This document shows, one piece after another, positions 1 to 13,000 of a DNA stretch of 64,000 nucleotides. Within the stretch, counting starts at the first letter, position 1; the number at the start of each line of letters is the position of its first letter. This DNA comes from Sporopachydermia quercuum (Eukaryota), in the NCBI GenBank assembly GCA_001599295.1, contig BCGN01000001.1:1736001-1800000 (forward strand), written 5' to 3'. Position numbers and translations under genes: made by a program. A model generated the notes under the pieces. That model ran no database searches and was not told the DNA's origin. It was given only the letters and a program-made list of their open reading frames with translations.

Positions 1-868
1 CTTCATCTTCCTCTTCTTCATCGTAATCGCCTTCAATTGACTTCCTGATGGATAAGGTTGGCTTGACAACAGCATTGTCTAAAGTCCAAGAAGCTAAAGC
101 TTCTTCGGCGTCAATGATAACTTGTTTAGAAGCTTCATAACCATCATAAGCAGGTCTTGTTTCACCTGGAGTGACAGGGGAGTCGTCAAGTAATTCCAAA
201 AGAGCCTTACCATATCCAGCAATCAAAGCAAGCTTTTCAGTGTGCTCACGAATAGAGTCGAATTGGTAATTGAAAGCAGCCTTTAATTTTTCTCTAGTGA
301 TATTAGATAATTGGGCTTCAGCAACAAGAGATTCGGCTTCAGCTCTGACTAGCTCTTGTTCCAAAACTGTGATCTTAGGAGAATTAGGATCCTTGTACTT
401 CAGGTAAGCAATTTGGTCGGTAATCTTTTGTTTACGATCACGGGAAGGTTGAACGGATGCTTCTATGTTTCTGATAGACTTCAAAGTGATTCTGTATTGA
501 TCATACTTATCAATGAATTGATCTTCTAATTCACCGATTTCGTAGATCAAAACACCAATCTTGTCAGTGATATCAGAAACATCATCATCATTTTCTTCAC
601 CCCAGAGAGATAATTGCTTAGCAACTTCTCTTCTTTCATTAGCAACAATCTCCATAGATCTCATCACATTTTTTTCCATCTTAATTAACTGGGCCAACTT
701 CTTCGATAACTCAGGTCCAAATGAACCAGCAGCGGTCTTTCTGAAAGAATGGGCAATGCCACCCTTGCCGAAGAATCTGCTCTTGGTAGTTGATGGAGGT
801 GGTGGAGGTGCTTGCAATTGAGAAGCTGTTGGGGCTCTTGAAGAGCGTAAAGAGTATGTTCTATGCAT
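1..868 (-). CDS. LSP1: Eisosome BAR-domain protein Lsp1 (Pil1/Lsp1 family); 3' end runs off the window
   Basis: Missing from the ORF track. Manual translation from ATG at 868: MHRTYSLRSSRAPTASQLQAPPPPPSTTKSRFFGKGG...DQFIDKYDQYRITLKSIRNIEASVQPSRDRKQKITD...LLDDSPVTPGETRPAYDGYEASKQ. The DQFIDKYDQYR and IEASVQPSRDRK segments resemble Lsp1 more than Pil1. Confidence 0.9.
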   Translation of the reverse strand, partial: MHRTYSLRSSRAPTASQLQAPPPPPSTTKSRFFGKGGIAHSFRKTAAGSFGPELSKKLAQLIKMEKNVMRSMEIVANERREVAKQLSLWGEENDDDVSDITDKIGVLIYEIGELEDQFIDKYDQYRITLKSIRNIEASVQPSRDRKQKITDQIAYLKYKDPNSPKITVLEQELVRAEAESLVAEAQLSNITREKLKAAFNYQFDSIREHTEKLALIAGYGKALLELLDDSPVTPGETRPAYDGYEASKQVIIDAEEALASWTLDNAVVKPTLSIRKSIEGDYDEEEEDE

Positions 869-997
869 TTTGTATAAAAAGTAGTTTGTTATTATTAGTA
901 GTACAATTTATAAGGGTAACAACAATCAATAAGTTACTACAGTTTGGCTCATTAATTGTTCAGTATTCCTTTCAATCAGTGTTGTTATATCAAACGT

Positions 998-1018
998 GAA
1001 GAAGAAGAAGAAGAAGAA
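998..1018 (+). repeat. (GAA)7 microsatellite upstream of LSP1
   Basis: Read directly; 130 bp upstream of the LSP1 ATG. Confidence 0.9.
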
Positions 1019-1430
1019 CCTCAAGGCGGGAATTGTTTGAAGGTAACAAAAGAAGGAGAAGCCAAAGTCAATTGAATTGGCATTGGGGTATTTGCTGTTT
1101 GCATGTACGTAACCTATTTGAGTTTTCTCAATATGAAACACAACTACAAATGTGAATCTACAGTGATGAATTGGGAAGTTACGTATACAAACACAGTGAG
1201 ATTCACCTAATATGTAAGTGAATGTGAGAAAAAGTACATTNTTGGTGTCATTATGCGTCATTAATACAGGAAGAGTGCATATATGTATGGTGATGGCGAA
1301 GGTGGAAAGGATAAGAATTCAGGGATTATTGAATAAGAAATTATTTGAACCATCATATCAAATTATTTTATTACTTAATTCATATTTCATGAATTATTTT
1401 CCTTTGAAATAGTTTCATTATATCAATACT

Positions 1431-1455
1431 CAATTGCAACNNNNNGTTGCAATTG
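1431..1455. repeat. Perfect 10-bp inverted repeat with an NNNNN spacer
   Basis: CAATTGCAAC-NNNNN-GTTGCAATTG. Confidence 0.9.
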
Positions 1456-3821
1456 TAAGAGATGATCCTAGTTTGATTGTGACTATTGAGTGGATGGTGA
1501 CGTGGTTGAGTTCCTTTTGGTTGGTGAAATAATGGAATGAGAGCTCATGTTCGTGATCATTTTACTGCGCACAGATAACGAGCACTCAAATCAACACTGT
1601 GAAGGGAATAATTGGTATGGGTTGCATTAAAAAAAGAAAACCCCTGTGAATTGCAAAAACGATAACTAGTAAGAATATGAGGATACAGGTTCTGATTGTC
1701 TGAACTTTCAATTTGAGCTGTAGCTATTTCTTTATCAGAATAGAAACGACGAAGGTAAATTATCAATCTTGTGAAAAATACGAATTGACCAAAAACACGA
1801 AAGTGTTCTAGTTGTTCTTTGTTTCATCCTGCAGGGAAAATTGTAACTTTATTACTACATAGTGAAGCTCATATGATACTTATGACAGTTCAGTATTCGG
1901 GCATCTATTTTGTTCTGTCATCACTGTTCTCGAATAGATAAAGAAATGTGGTTATCAAGATCTCACTCGACGTTTTGAACAATGTTTTACAATTTATATT
2001 AATGGATCTACTAAGATTTACTTTCTAACACTTTGTTAACTATTGACCGATAGGCATATCAGGCTAAAATGCACACGCCAAATGTTAAACCAACATTCTT
2101 TCATATACTTAATTTCTACTGAAATAATATGATTGGGCCACATTAATTTTGAGCTTTTGATCTCATCAATACGTCTCATATGTTTACAATTTTTGTTTCG
2201 ATCTCTATTCTCACCATCAATAACTTATTTCAATCAAATAAGGAACCATTCTTTTTCTCCTTCTCTCTTTCATTTATCTTTGCTCTCCGCATGTTATGAG
2301 TTGATTAGTACTGAAAATAGCCTTTTTAGGAAGTGAAAAGTTTAAGGTTTGATTCTTCTTATTTCCCGAATGGGACAAGAGAAAAGTGAAAATTGTTTTC
2401 GATTGCTATGGAAAATGTGTTTGGTTTAGAAGGAGATGAATCGATTACTACAGCAATCAATATATGACAGAGAAACAGATTTTCCAATGATTTTGTTAAG
2501 TAGTATGACAAATTTAATAGATTTATTGTGATCAGTATGTAGCTAGGTATTGGACGGGAGTATTCGCTAGAAATCATCATACTCGACAGGTATACTTCAA
2601 TTGACAAGTATCTTCAAGTATTATTAATACTGCTATATCAACAGTCTGCTTTCACCTATTTCAAAACCACCGATTGAAGTCCAGTCTGATATGGTGTTAT
2701 GTTTTATTCTTATCCGAGAAGCTGAAATGTATTCTCTAGTACTGCGTGTTAGTTCATCGTATTCAATTGACATCCGTCATCGTCCGTTTCCCTAAAATTA
2801 GTACAAGGACATGCATGTCTGACATCAAGAACTAATGTATACTATGACTTGTTTCGATGCTCGATCATGCAAATACAGAGATCTCGTGACAAATTCAATA
2901 ATCGTAGAAGTCTCATTACTCGAACAATTACCAAGAAATACTACGACAGTTATAATGGTTCTATGCGACCATTTTTTCTGGTTTTATACGCCAGGCAATG
3001 CACGCTCTCTCAGTTCAAAATCGGGTGACCCACCGGTATGATTCTTTCTCAGCCAAATGTGGCTTACGTATAAATCATTCGTCTTTGGTAAGGTTGTTCT
3101 GTATCGTTTATATTTGGATTGAAGCTTGATGAAAAGAAGGTTATACTTAGATCTAGATCTTTGCTCCATAATATATTAGTCGAATAGAATATGAATGAGT
3201 TTATTGGGAAGAACTTCCGCTCCAAATAATAGAAGTTCTAAATAAGAAGAAATGAGCTATAAGCTGATAGTTGAACGGTTTGAGCAAAGACTAGTTTAGC
3301 TGTATTCCATACAAAAGCGAATAAAATTAACATATTATTAACTTATTGAATTATGCTACTCAATTTTGTTTCCTAATGTCTCCTGGTCAGATAAAGAGAA
3401 TTATAAGTACTGGATTATGTAAGGAAGTTGGAGATTTTTGGTGCAAAAAAAAATTTCGTCCGTTGTTCATGAAGCACAAAGATATAGTTAAAGGTTCTCA
3501 GTCCAGATGCTAGGTATATTTGAATACCTCGCAACTACCTTTCTTCCTGGCAGGTTTTCAAACTGACGTAAACTGAGTGCTATGAATTACCTTTAAAACG
3601 TGAGAAATCAGTTACGAGTACGTGATTGACATTAATGAAACTTGTTTGATTCATGTATCTGAATATAGATAGTCCTAATATGGGATAAGTTGGCACTTGC
3701 TAGCAAACTTTTTGGCATTGTTCTGCGATATTCTCACAGTCGCAATAAGTACTCTCATAAACTAACTGGCGTATCACATCTTGTAATAATTTATATATAA
3801 ATATTAAAAATGCCCTTGATC

Positions 3822-4686
3822 TCACCGATTTGTCTCCTTCTCTTTCGTTCCCGTTCTCGTTCTATGCGATTTTCCTAAGTCATAGACATACAGGTCGACG
3901 CCATCTCCTAAAAGTTCTGTAGGATAATAATTTACATCGCTAACAATCTTTGCTTTGGATCCTACTTCAGTATCTTCATCGTCATCGAGTATCTGAATAG
4001 ACGCTTCCTCACCCTCATTTTCTTCAGATCTAATGAGAAGTCCCCCTGGAAGCTCTTGATTTGATGTGGCATCTTCTTCTTGTGGTTGAACTTTGTCCCA
4101 ATTGATTTCTTTCTTTATTATATCTTCAGAGCTATCAAAAATCTTCCAAGATTTCTCAACACCAGCTGATCTCATTCTGGACCATGCTCTGAAATCAGTT
4201 AACCATCTTTTTTTCATCACAACTTTCACCTGCCATCCTTCTATCTCAATCTTATAGATGTATCGATTACTTTCTGATAGCAAATCATCTTCAGGTACTT
4301 GGTGAAATAGCCTTACCAATGGGACTTTGATAGAATTCAATAGATTATGTACAGCTCTTTGATTTAATTTCAGTTGTGTAGGGGGTAGAATATTGATTGA
4401 AAGTTCTTTAGTAGTAGCTGGTGTATATAGATCCAGATTAATGGCAGCTGTTGTTAGTAAAGGTCGCGTGGTGAATATTCTTATTGGCAGAATTGTGTTT
4501 CCAGCTAATTGAACATAAACAAGACTAATATTTTATAGATCCTGTAGTTAGAAGCAAGTCAACAATCAATTTGAGTTTTTTATACAGGAGAGAAATCATC
4601 ACAACATGGTAAATACTTNTTTATAAGGCAGTATGCTTAATGCAAATAAATAGGTCAAAAACGGTCTTTACTTACCTTGGAGCCAT
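3822..4686 (-). CDS. Hypothetical protein, about 237 aa, two exons (4686-4676, 4524-3822)
   Basis: The track ORF 3822-4340 stays open upstream to 4532. ATGGCTCCAAG|GTAAGT donor at 4675, branch TTCTAAC about 4550, TAG acceptor at 4525 give MAPSLVYVQLAGNTILPIRIFTTRP in frame. No family recognised. Confidence 0.6.
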
Positions 4687-5319
4687 ACTCTCATTTGCGA
4701 ATTAAATAAACAATATAGATGACATCTGGTTTTTCATTATATCTAATCGTTAGTTTAGTAATAATCACAGACTGTTATTCACTGTAATGGGAGAATCGGA
4801 TTTCAAGGAAAGCAGCATACATGATTCGGGCTCTTTGATGGGAAATATATCTCGAAATAAATGCAATAGTGCTAACTTTCTTGCATATGAAAGAAACTTA
4901 CTGAACTTGAAAATTAAAATGCTAATTAGGTAAAATCTGTGAGAAATAACATTAACTTTATTTTAAAGTAAAAAATCTTTATGGCATTTTTGTATGTTTC
5001 TCAAAATACTAAAGTAATTCATGTTTTGCACCAATAATTGAATAATTATAATATATTTTGTAGTAAGTTGGATTATCTCATATTTACGACAAGAACAACT
5101 TCAAAAGGATAATTGCTTTACTTCACGAACACTTCATCTTCGGCGCTCGGAAAAACTTCGATATAAAGTTCAAGTTAAAAAACCTTAAATTTTGATACAC
5201 ATAAACAAGCAAGTCATATAGCCATCTCCCAGTTACATGAATAGACTAAGGCGCTGGGTATTGAATGTTTACTTTTTATTTATTAACTATGTAGACCGTA
5301 ACCAATATGATAATATGAA

Positions 5320-6756
5320 CTACAAATTTTTCAAAGCTTCAAATGTAACAGATTTGGGTCTTTCAATTGGAAGACCATAAATTCTATCCCAAATTAGTTG
5401 AGTGAGAGGACCTAATGATCTTGAGACACCGAATGTAACAGTATAGTAATCAGTATTCTTGATACCAAAATGATGGAATAAAACACCAGAGGACGAATCA
5501 ACATTGGGGAAAGGATTCTTAGCCTTTCCGTGTTTTGTCAGTACACCAGGTGCAATCTTTGAAGTACGGTGAACCAATTGCCAAACTGGATCGTTGGAAA
5601 TGGTCTCGTCATTCTTAGCGAATTGCATCAAAGCATCAAACCTTGGATCAGGTTTACGTAAAACAGCGTGTCCATAACCAGGGATTACTTGACCAGATGC
5701 CAAAGTGTCATTGAGGAACTGTTCAATGTCTTTATCGACATAGTTCGCAGGAAGAGACTTTTGCATGGTAAGGATAAATCTCAAAGCTTCTTGAGCCGCT
5801 AAACCATGAAGAGGACCAGCCAGCCCCAACAAACCAGCAGAATAGGAAAGATAAGGATCCGATAATGCAGAACCAACTAAATGTGTAGCATGCGCGCTAA
5901 CGTTTCCACCTTCATGATCACCATGTAAAGCTGTGTATAATCTGAATGCATCAACAAATCCACCCTTTTCTTCGAAACCAATCATCCTAGCATAATTGTA
6001 TGATAAATCCTTGCTAGTATCAATGCCCTTAACCAATTCACTGGTTCCAGCGTAGGTGTTCTGATAAATTTTAGCAGCAATTTGAGGCAATTTGGCAATT
6101 AGATTCAATGAATCATCAAATACATATTCCCAGTACTCAGTCTTTCTGATACCTCTTTGGTAGGCTTTAGAGAATAACGAGTCCTTATTTAAGGCAGCAA
6201 CTGCAATGCTAAATTGAGTCATAGGATGCATATCTTTTGGTAAGCTGTCGAGTAACTTGATAGCATAATCAGGCAAATTACCATTCTCAGCCAAAGTCTT
6301 ACTCAAATCCTTTACCTGTTGCTCTGTTGGTGCTTTGCCAGTCAATAAGAACCAAAACATGGACTCAGGCAACATCTGTCCATTCTTTCCTTCACCTCTT
6401 GGAAGAAATGATTGACATTCCTCAATTGTCTTTCCATGGAATCTGATACCTTCATTTGCATCTAAATCTGATGATTGCCAAACTAGTGATTTCAAACCTC
6501 TCATTCCTCCAATAACACTGGCAACAGTAACATCACCGATTTTCTTATCACTCAATGTAGATTTCAGTTCTTTGAACGCTTCCAGTCTAGCTGGGATTTC
6601 ATCCTTAACAGCTTGTTTCAAAGAAGTGGAAATCAATCGAGTCCCATTCTTTGCGATTATCTATAATCGTTAGATTAGTATATTCTAGGCGATGATATTA
6701 ATAATAAAATATCTCTTGGCCATACTTACATTAGGAATAGATTTTGAAGAAAACAT
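5320..6756 (-). CDS. CIT3: Mitochondrial 2-methylcitrate/citrate synthase (McsA/Cit3 type); exons 6756-6730, 6660-5320
   Basis: Citrate synthase motifs DHEGGNVSAH, GPLHGLAAQE, GYGHAVLRKPDPRF, PNVD. GIRFHG, MLPESMFW and LAAQE resemble fungal methylcitrate synthases. Phase-0 intron 6729-6661 (GTAAGT...CTAACGATTATAG); N-terminus MFSSKSIPNIIAKNGTRLIST looks like a targeting peptide. Confidence 0.85.
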
Positions 6757-6968
6757 TGTACAGTAATAAGAATTAAATCTCAGTATGCTAATAGTCACTT
6801 TACTTCAATTACAATGTATGATGTTATGACTACTACTGCGAGTTGATTTCTCTAACGTTTGATTTGAATTAATCTCAATGATTTACTCTCAATATAATCA
6901 TCAATATCAACGGCGGTACTTCATTTCTCTTTATATATAAATAAACCAACCTATAGCATAATCCGTCA

Positions 6969-7761
6969 ACCGAGACGGATCATCAACAGGTGAACAAGTA
7001 AAAAATAATTATGCCGATAAAGGTAATTTCAAACAATACATTAAACGAGGCCAATAGTTTTCAGCCGCTAGTATTTCACATTGAAACAAGCAACCATTAC
7101 TAGCTACTTCTCAATTGATTATTATTATCTCTTTGTTCAGTGATCACTGAATCAATCAGGTCTACCATTCCTGTTGAACATCAGTTAGCTATTGATTCTA
7201 CTTTGACTTTTATCTCACCTTTTCTTCTCTTCCAGTCTATCATCTTGTTGGTACCTGATATACTAAGCAACTGAACCCCAGTATTCTGAATTTCATAATA
7301 ATCCAATAGGTTATGCTCAGTATCAAGACCGAGACGGTGTCATATCTATTGAAAGAAATTGGCCCTTGAAGCTTAATTAGCATTTGAAGTCTGGGGTAAT
7401 TATCTCCGTTCGGATCTGGTGTGGGGCAGAGCATCTGAGGGGATAATTAACTGTATAGATCAAGAGAGGAAAGGCAGGAGGGTCAGTTTCTGTTTTCACT
7501 TTGCCAGAATAAATAGGAAAGTCAAAATAATCATGCCTCAAAGGTTATGATCTAAAGCAATTTGAATCAAATTTGAATATATATGTAGCAACTTATATTT
7601 GATTGACTGGAGGATGAAACAGATCGATATTTACAATGCCAATAAGTTTAGTTATGTTAGGACATAAAAAGTTCATTGAAGAATTAAAGTTTGTTAGGTT
7701 TAACCTAATGCCGACACCCCACATTTCCACTCTAAGTGTTGAAAATTGAGCTCCGAGTCGG
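6969..7761. promoter_or_regulatory. Three CCGAG(A/T)CGG sites (6970-6978, 7329-7337, 7753-7761), candidate Zn2Cys6 binding sites
   Basis: Near-exact GC-rich 9-mer present three times in AT-rich DNA upstream of CIT3; CCG-N3-CGG layout. Confidence 0.55.
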
Positions 7762-7793
7762 AAAACATAGAACAAAGATGAACGAGCATAACA

Positions 7794-7828
7794 GAGATGA
7801 GATGAGATGAGCTGAGATGAGATGAGAT
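7794..7828 (+). repeat. (GAGAT)7 pentanucleotide repeat, one unit GAGCT
   Basis: Read directly. Confidence 0.9.
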
Positions 7829-9054
7829 GTTGATCGTTGATGGTTATCTACCGTTCTTATGACAAAGATGGAATATACTGAGTGGAGAATGGGTACCTTA
7901 GTTTATAGCACTGATTTTACAGCGGCAAATATGATGCAAGCCAATATGAAATGCAAACCCTTGAAAAGTATAACAAAGTTGGCAATATATCAGAGAGTCT
8001 CAGTTAGAAGAGACAAAGTACTAGGTATAAGTTGGAGAGCACAATGACAATGTGGTAAAAATGCAACAAAAGAAAGTATAATGGGAAGATATTTTTATAT
8101 GCGTGGCCATGAACATATCTGAACAGTAGTAAGTTTCTAACCTGTTAAATGTTAAAAGAGCTTATGAATTTTGTTTGAAGTATTGAAAATAAAAATCCAG
8201 TTGAGAGGTATTAAATCTGTTATTCTTTTGCTTGACAGTATGAGATTGATAGAAGACGACGATTTTTTTTGTTCAATGCTTATCTTATTTTCTAGTTCGA
8301 ACTACAAAGGACGCTATTGGAAACCACCTGATATGCGTTGTAATTCAATGCCCAAAGTAAAATAAAAGCATACACGGATCGAACAATGCTTAATAGCCAA
8401 TTTAGCTGAAATCAAAATGATACTCCATTGAGGCATGGTGGAATCTGATTTACTTACGATTGATCAGCCCAAGTTATTATACAATCTTTTTACACAATAT
8501 AACTCCATAACTTTGTGCGTTTCCATCGAATCCAAATTAACAGTTTGGAATTCAATATGCTATAATTTTTAATAGGCTACAATCGAGACAAGCATTTACA
8601 ATAATGGATTTATTGATACAATATTAATAATGGTCAACTTCAGACACCTTTTAAATATAAAGGACAACACCAAATCCCTCAACCAAAAGAACAGTTCTTC
8701 TCTTCAAATCAGACTAATGCTGGTTTCTATGTTTAGTGTTTTACATTATTCTTATTATGGCTTACTCGTTAGTGCATGTTCATGAGTAGCCGATCGATAC
8801 TATCGATACAATCGATAGCCCCGATTCCCTTATAATAATGTATGGGATTTCCTCGATTTAGCCAAACACGAACCTGTATAATTTCCCGACATGGCAAGTC
8901 ACATGACACTGACGCGCTTTTCTGAGTGGTTGCTCAAATTGGGAAGTATCTCGGGATCTCTATAATACTGATTATCTCAAGATTTATTAGGATTTGCCAT
9001 AACAACCAAGCTTAGATATTAAATTATTACCTTCTAGAAACACCATTAAATTGT

Positions 9055-9080
9055 CTTCAATGAAAAGTGTTTCATTGAAG
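9055..9080. repeat. 11-bp perfect inverted repeat with a 4-nt loop
   Basis: CTTCAATGAAA-AGTG-TTTCATTGAAG. Confidence 0.85.
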
Positions 9081-10082
9081 TTGTCGATTACTTTTATTAT
9101 CTCGTTATCAATACCTGCGAGTTACTATGGGGACAGGTTTCAAATGGACAACCTCAAGTCAAATCAGTAATATCTTTCGTCAACCCCCCTAATTTGATTT
9201 CAGACGATATAATTGTACTACCAACTTACATTCCTTTCTTCAAATAAAGCATTCGAACAAATCTAAGGTTCCCAGTCTACTTATGCAAAATTTTTTTGCA
9301 ACTTACAGACAATCGGATCTACATTTTCCACCTGAAGACTCCACTATGTGTGCGGTATCTCCAGTCATATTCATGTAATATTTACGTACTGTTCATGCAG
9401 CTTTCATATCCATACTCATTTTCCATTATGTACATGCAAAACATAAAACATACCACCACTGGGTACATACAATTTAGTGTGACATTTGGTAGGACATGGT
9501 GCCCAAAAGATAAAGTTGTTAAGAATCTCTACTGCATGTACATGCATACAGAAAAGAATTACATTTACGTTCAACCGTGCTTACAGGACCCAAGTTCGCA
9601 GGTTCGCATTCAATTATACATTAATATTGCATGATATTGCAGTAGAAGTTGAGATCCCTCAAAACCCAAATTATCTCGCGGTTTCATCGAAATTCGCCCA
9701 TTTTTCTTCAATAAGAAATCGAGAAAAGAATCCAAACAAGTAGCGATCGAGACGAGGATCTTCATTCAACTGAGTAATCATTGACTTCTACGAACTGTCT
9801 GAAGACTTAAAAAGTGTTTTCTGGTTGTTATTCTCATTATACTGCAATTACAATCTTGAATTCATTTATTTCATTTGATGGATCAATAACTTCCGTTTGC
9901 AGACGCGTCAAACACATCTGTGAAAGAGAAGGACAAGAAATACGGGCAAGCATCAACAAGTATCAACTAGAATTACAGAACAACCTCATTGCAACAAAAC
10001 TCGAACCAGCTTTCCTTCTACGTGATTTTTTAATCAAAAGAAATTTAAGGGCCTTCTCACCAGTCAGTAACGGATCATAGTA

Positions 10083-13000
10083 ATGTCGACCCAGGTTGAA
10101 CCAGGTACCAAATGTTGGTACCCTGACAGCAAGTTAGGCTGGGTGGGAGTTGAAATCAGCTCAGTAGAAGAGAAAAATGGGCAATATGAGCTGATATTAA
10201 CTCGTGATAATAAATCAGAAAATGAAGAACCAATTACAATTACCACAGACAATTTGGATGAAAATAACGAAAAGTTACCTCCCTTACGAAATCCTCCATT
10301 ATTAGAAGCACCTGAAGATCTAACAAATCTATCATATCTCAACGAGCCCGCTGTTTTACACGCTATTAAAATGAGATATAGCCGATTAAACATCTACACT
10401 TACTCTGGTATTGTTTTAATTGCTACCAATCCTTTTCAAAGAGTAGATCATTTATATTCCCATGATATTATTCAGACATACTCTAGAACAAATCGCGCAG
10501 AACAAGAACCACATCTGTTCGCTATTGCCAATGAAGCCTACACTGCTATGAATAGAGATGGCAAAAATCAAACAGTGATTGTATCCGGTGAAAGTGGTGC
10601 TGGTAAAACTGTTAGTGCAAAATATATTATGAGATATTTGGCCTCTGTTGATCCTGAAGAGTCTAATGATGGTTATACTTCTTCATCTGCATTACAATCA
10701 AGAGCTCACCCAATGTCCCAAGTTGAAAAGCAAATACTTGCTACAAATCCTATCATGGAATCTTTTGGTAATGCCAAAACTACTAGAAATGATAATTCAT
10801 CGCGTTTCGGGAAATATCTAGAGATTTTGTTTGATAACAAAAAGGCTATCATTGGAGCTAAAATCAGAACATATTTACTAGAGAGATCAAGAATTGTTTT
10901 TCAACCCAAAACCGAAAGAAATTATCACATTTTCTATCAACTATGTGCTGGACTTGATGATGACTCCAGGAAAGAGTTCAGTATTAAGCCAGCATCAGAA
11001 TTTGTATATCTTAACCAAGGTGGTGATATAACTATACCCAATATCGATGATGGTGAAGAATTCAATGTCACCAAGAATGCTTTAGAACTTATTGGCATTG
11101 ACCAAGAGAAACAATTGAAAATCTTCAAAATCTTGGCTGGTATTCTTCACATTGGTAACATTAATATAACTCCTACAAGAAACGACGCTGTGTTGAATTC
11201 TGACGAACCAAGTCTCGTTATTGCTTGTAACTTACTTGGATTAGATCCTACTGCTTTTTCTAAATGGATTATTAAGAAACAAATAACAACAAGATCAGAA
11301 AAGATCGTTTCTTCATTAAATCATAGACAGGCATTAGTTGCAAGAGATTCTGTAGCTAAGTTTATTTATGCTTGCTTGTTTGATTGGTTGGTTCATTATA
11401 TTAACGTTGATTTATGTCCTTCTGAAATTTCAGAAGCAGCCAAATCTTTTATTGGTGTTTTGGATATTTATGGATTTGAACATTTCGAAAAGAACTCCTT
11501 TGAACAATTCTGTATCAACTATGCTAATGAGAAACTACAGCAGGAGTTCAATCGTCATGTATTTAAGCTGGAGCAAGAAGAATACGTCAGGGAAGAAATT
11601 GAATGGCAGTTTATTGATTTCTCAGACAATCAACCTTGTATTGACTTGATTGAAGGTAAAATTGGTATTTTATCTCTTCTTGATGAAGAATCTCGTTTGC
11701 CTGCTGGTAATGATGAGAGTTGGATCACCAAATTATACTCTTCTTTAGCTAAACCACCTACCGAGGCTGTTTTTAAGAAACCTAGATTTGGTCAAACAAA
11801 GTTTGTCGTATCTCATTATGCTCTTGATGTGACATATGACAATGAAGGGTTCATTGAGAAGAATCGCGACACCGTTTCTGAGGGCCAACTGGACACACTG
11901 AAGTCTTCGGTTGATGATCTACTGAAAGAAATGATTGATGTTGGTATGGGTTTTGGCCATGAACCGGTTCCCGATTCTTCTAGTGCCGGACCTGCTAAAA
12001 GCGTTGCTCGAGGTAGAAACAAGAAACCTACTTTAGGATCGATATTCAAATCATCATTGGCATCTTTGATGTTAACTATCAATTCCACAAACGCTCATTA
12101 TATTCGATGTATCAAACCTAATGAAGAGAGAGCTGCTTGGCTATTTGATCCATTAATGGTTTTATCTCAGTTAAGAGCTTGTGGGGTATTAGAAACTATT
12201 CGTATTTCTTGCGCTGGGTTTCCTACTAGATGGACATATGAAGAGTTTGCTGAAAGATACTATATGCTTGTTCATTCATCATTATGGTCTCCTGATTATA
12301 AAACTAGATGCGATAGTATTCTAAAGGCAACTGTTGAGGATGCTTCAAGGTATCAGCTCGGTAACAGTAAGATTTTCTTCAAAGCGGGTATGCTTGCTTA
12401 CTTAGAATCTTTGAGGTCTCGTCGTGTGTTTGAATGTGCTGTGTTGATTCAAAAGAATCTCAGAAAACTTTACTACCGGAGGAGATATCTCGCTGCTCGT
12501 GAGAGTCATATTCAATTGCAGGCTGTATTGAGAGGTCACTTGGCAAGAGTAAGATACCAGAAGGAGAAAGAAACACGCGCTGCTGTTGCTATTCAATCTG
12601 GCATAAGAGGATATCTTGCGCGACAACGATTTGTTGATACCTTGCGTGCTCTCACTTTGCTTCAAGCTTTTCTGCGTGGCCACTTGACCAGAACCCGAAT
12701 TCTCGCAGGCCGCACGGAGGCTGCTGCCCGCAGTATTCAAACTGCTTGGAGAGGATTCTCTTACCGCAGAAATTTCAAAAACACTTTATGGGCTACTGTG
12801 TATATTCAATGCTGTTTAAGACGTAAAATGGCTGTGAGAGAGTTAAAACAACTTAAGGTTGAAGCTCGCAGCGTGAACCATTTCAAGGAAATCTCCGGTA
12901 GATTGGAAAATAAGGTCGTGGAGCTAACACAGTCTTTGGCAGGTAAAACAGAGATCAACAAGGCTTTACAATTGGAAATTGCCCAGCTTCGTAATGCTTT

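Noticed and set aside
869..3821. Short track ORFs in the LSP1 upstream gap, and those at 7240-10080 and 61540-61989
   Set aside because: No recognisable motifs, frequent non-ATG starts, and composition like random AT-rich DNA.
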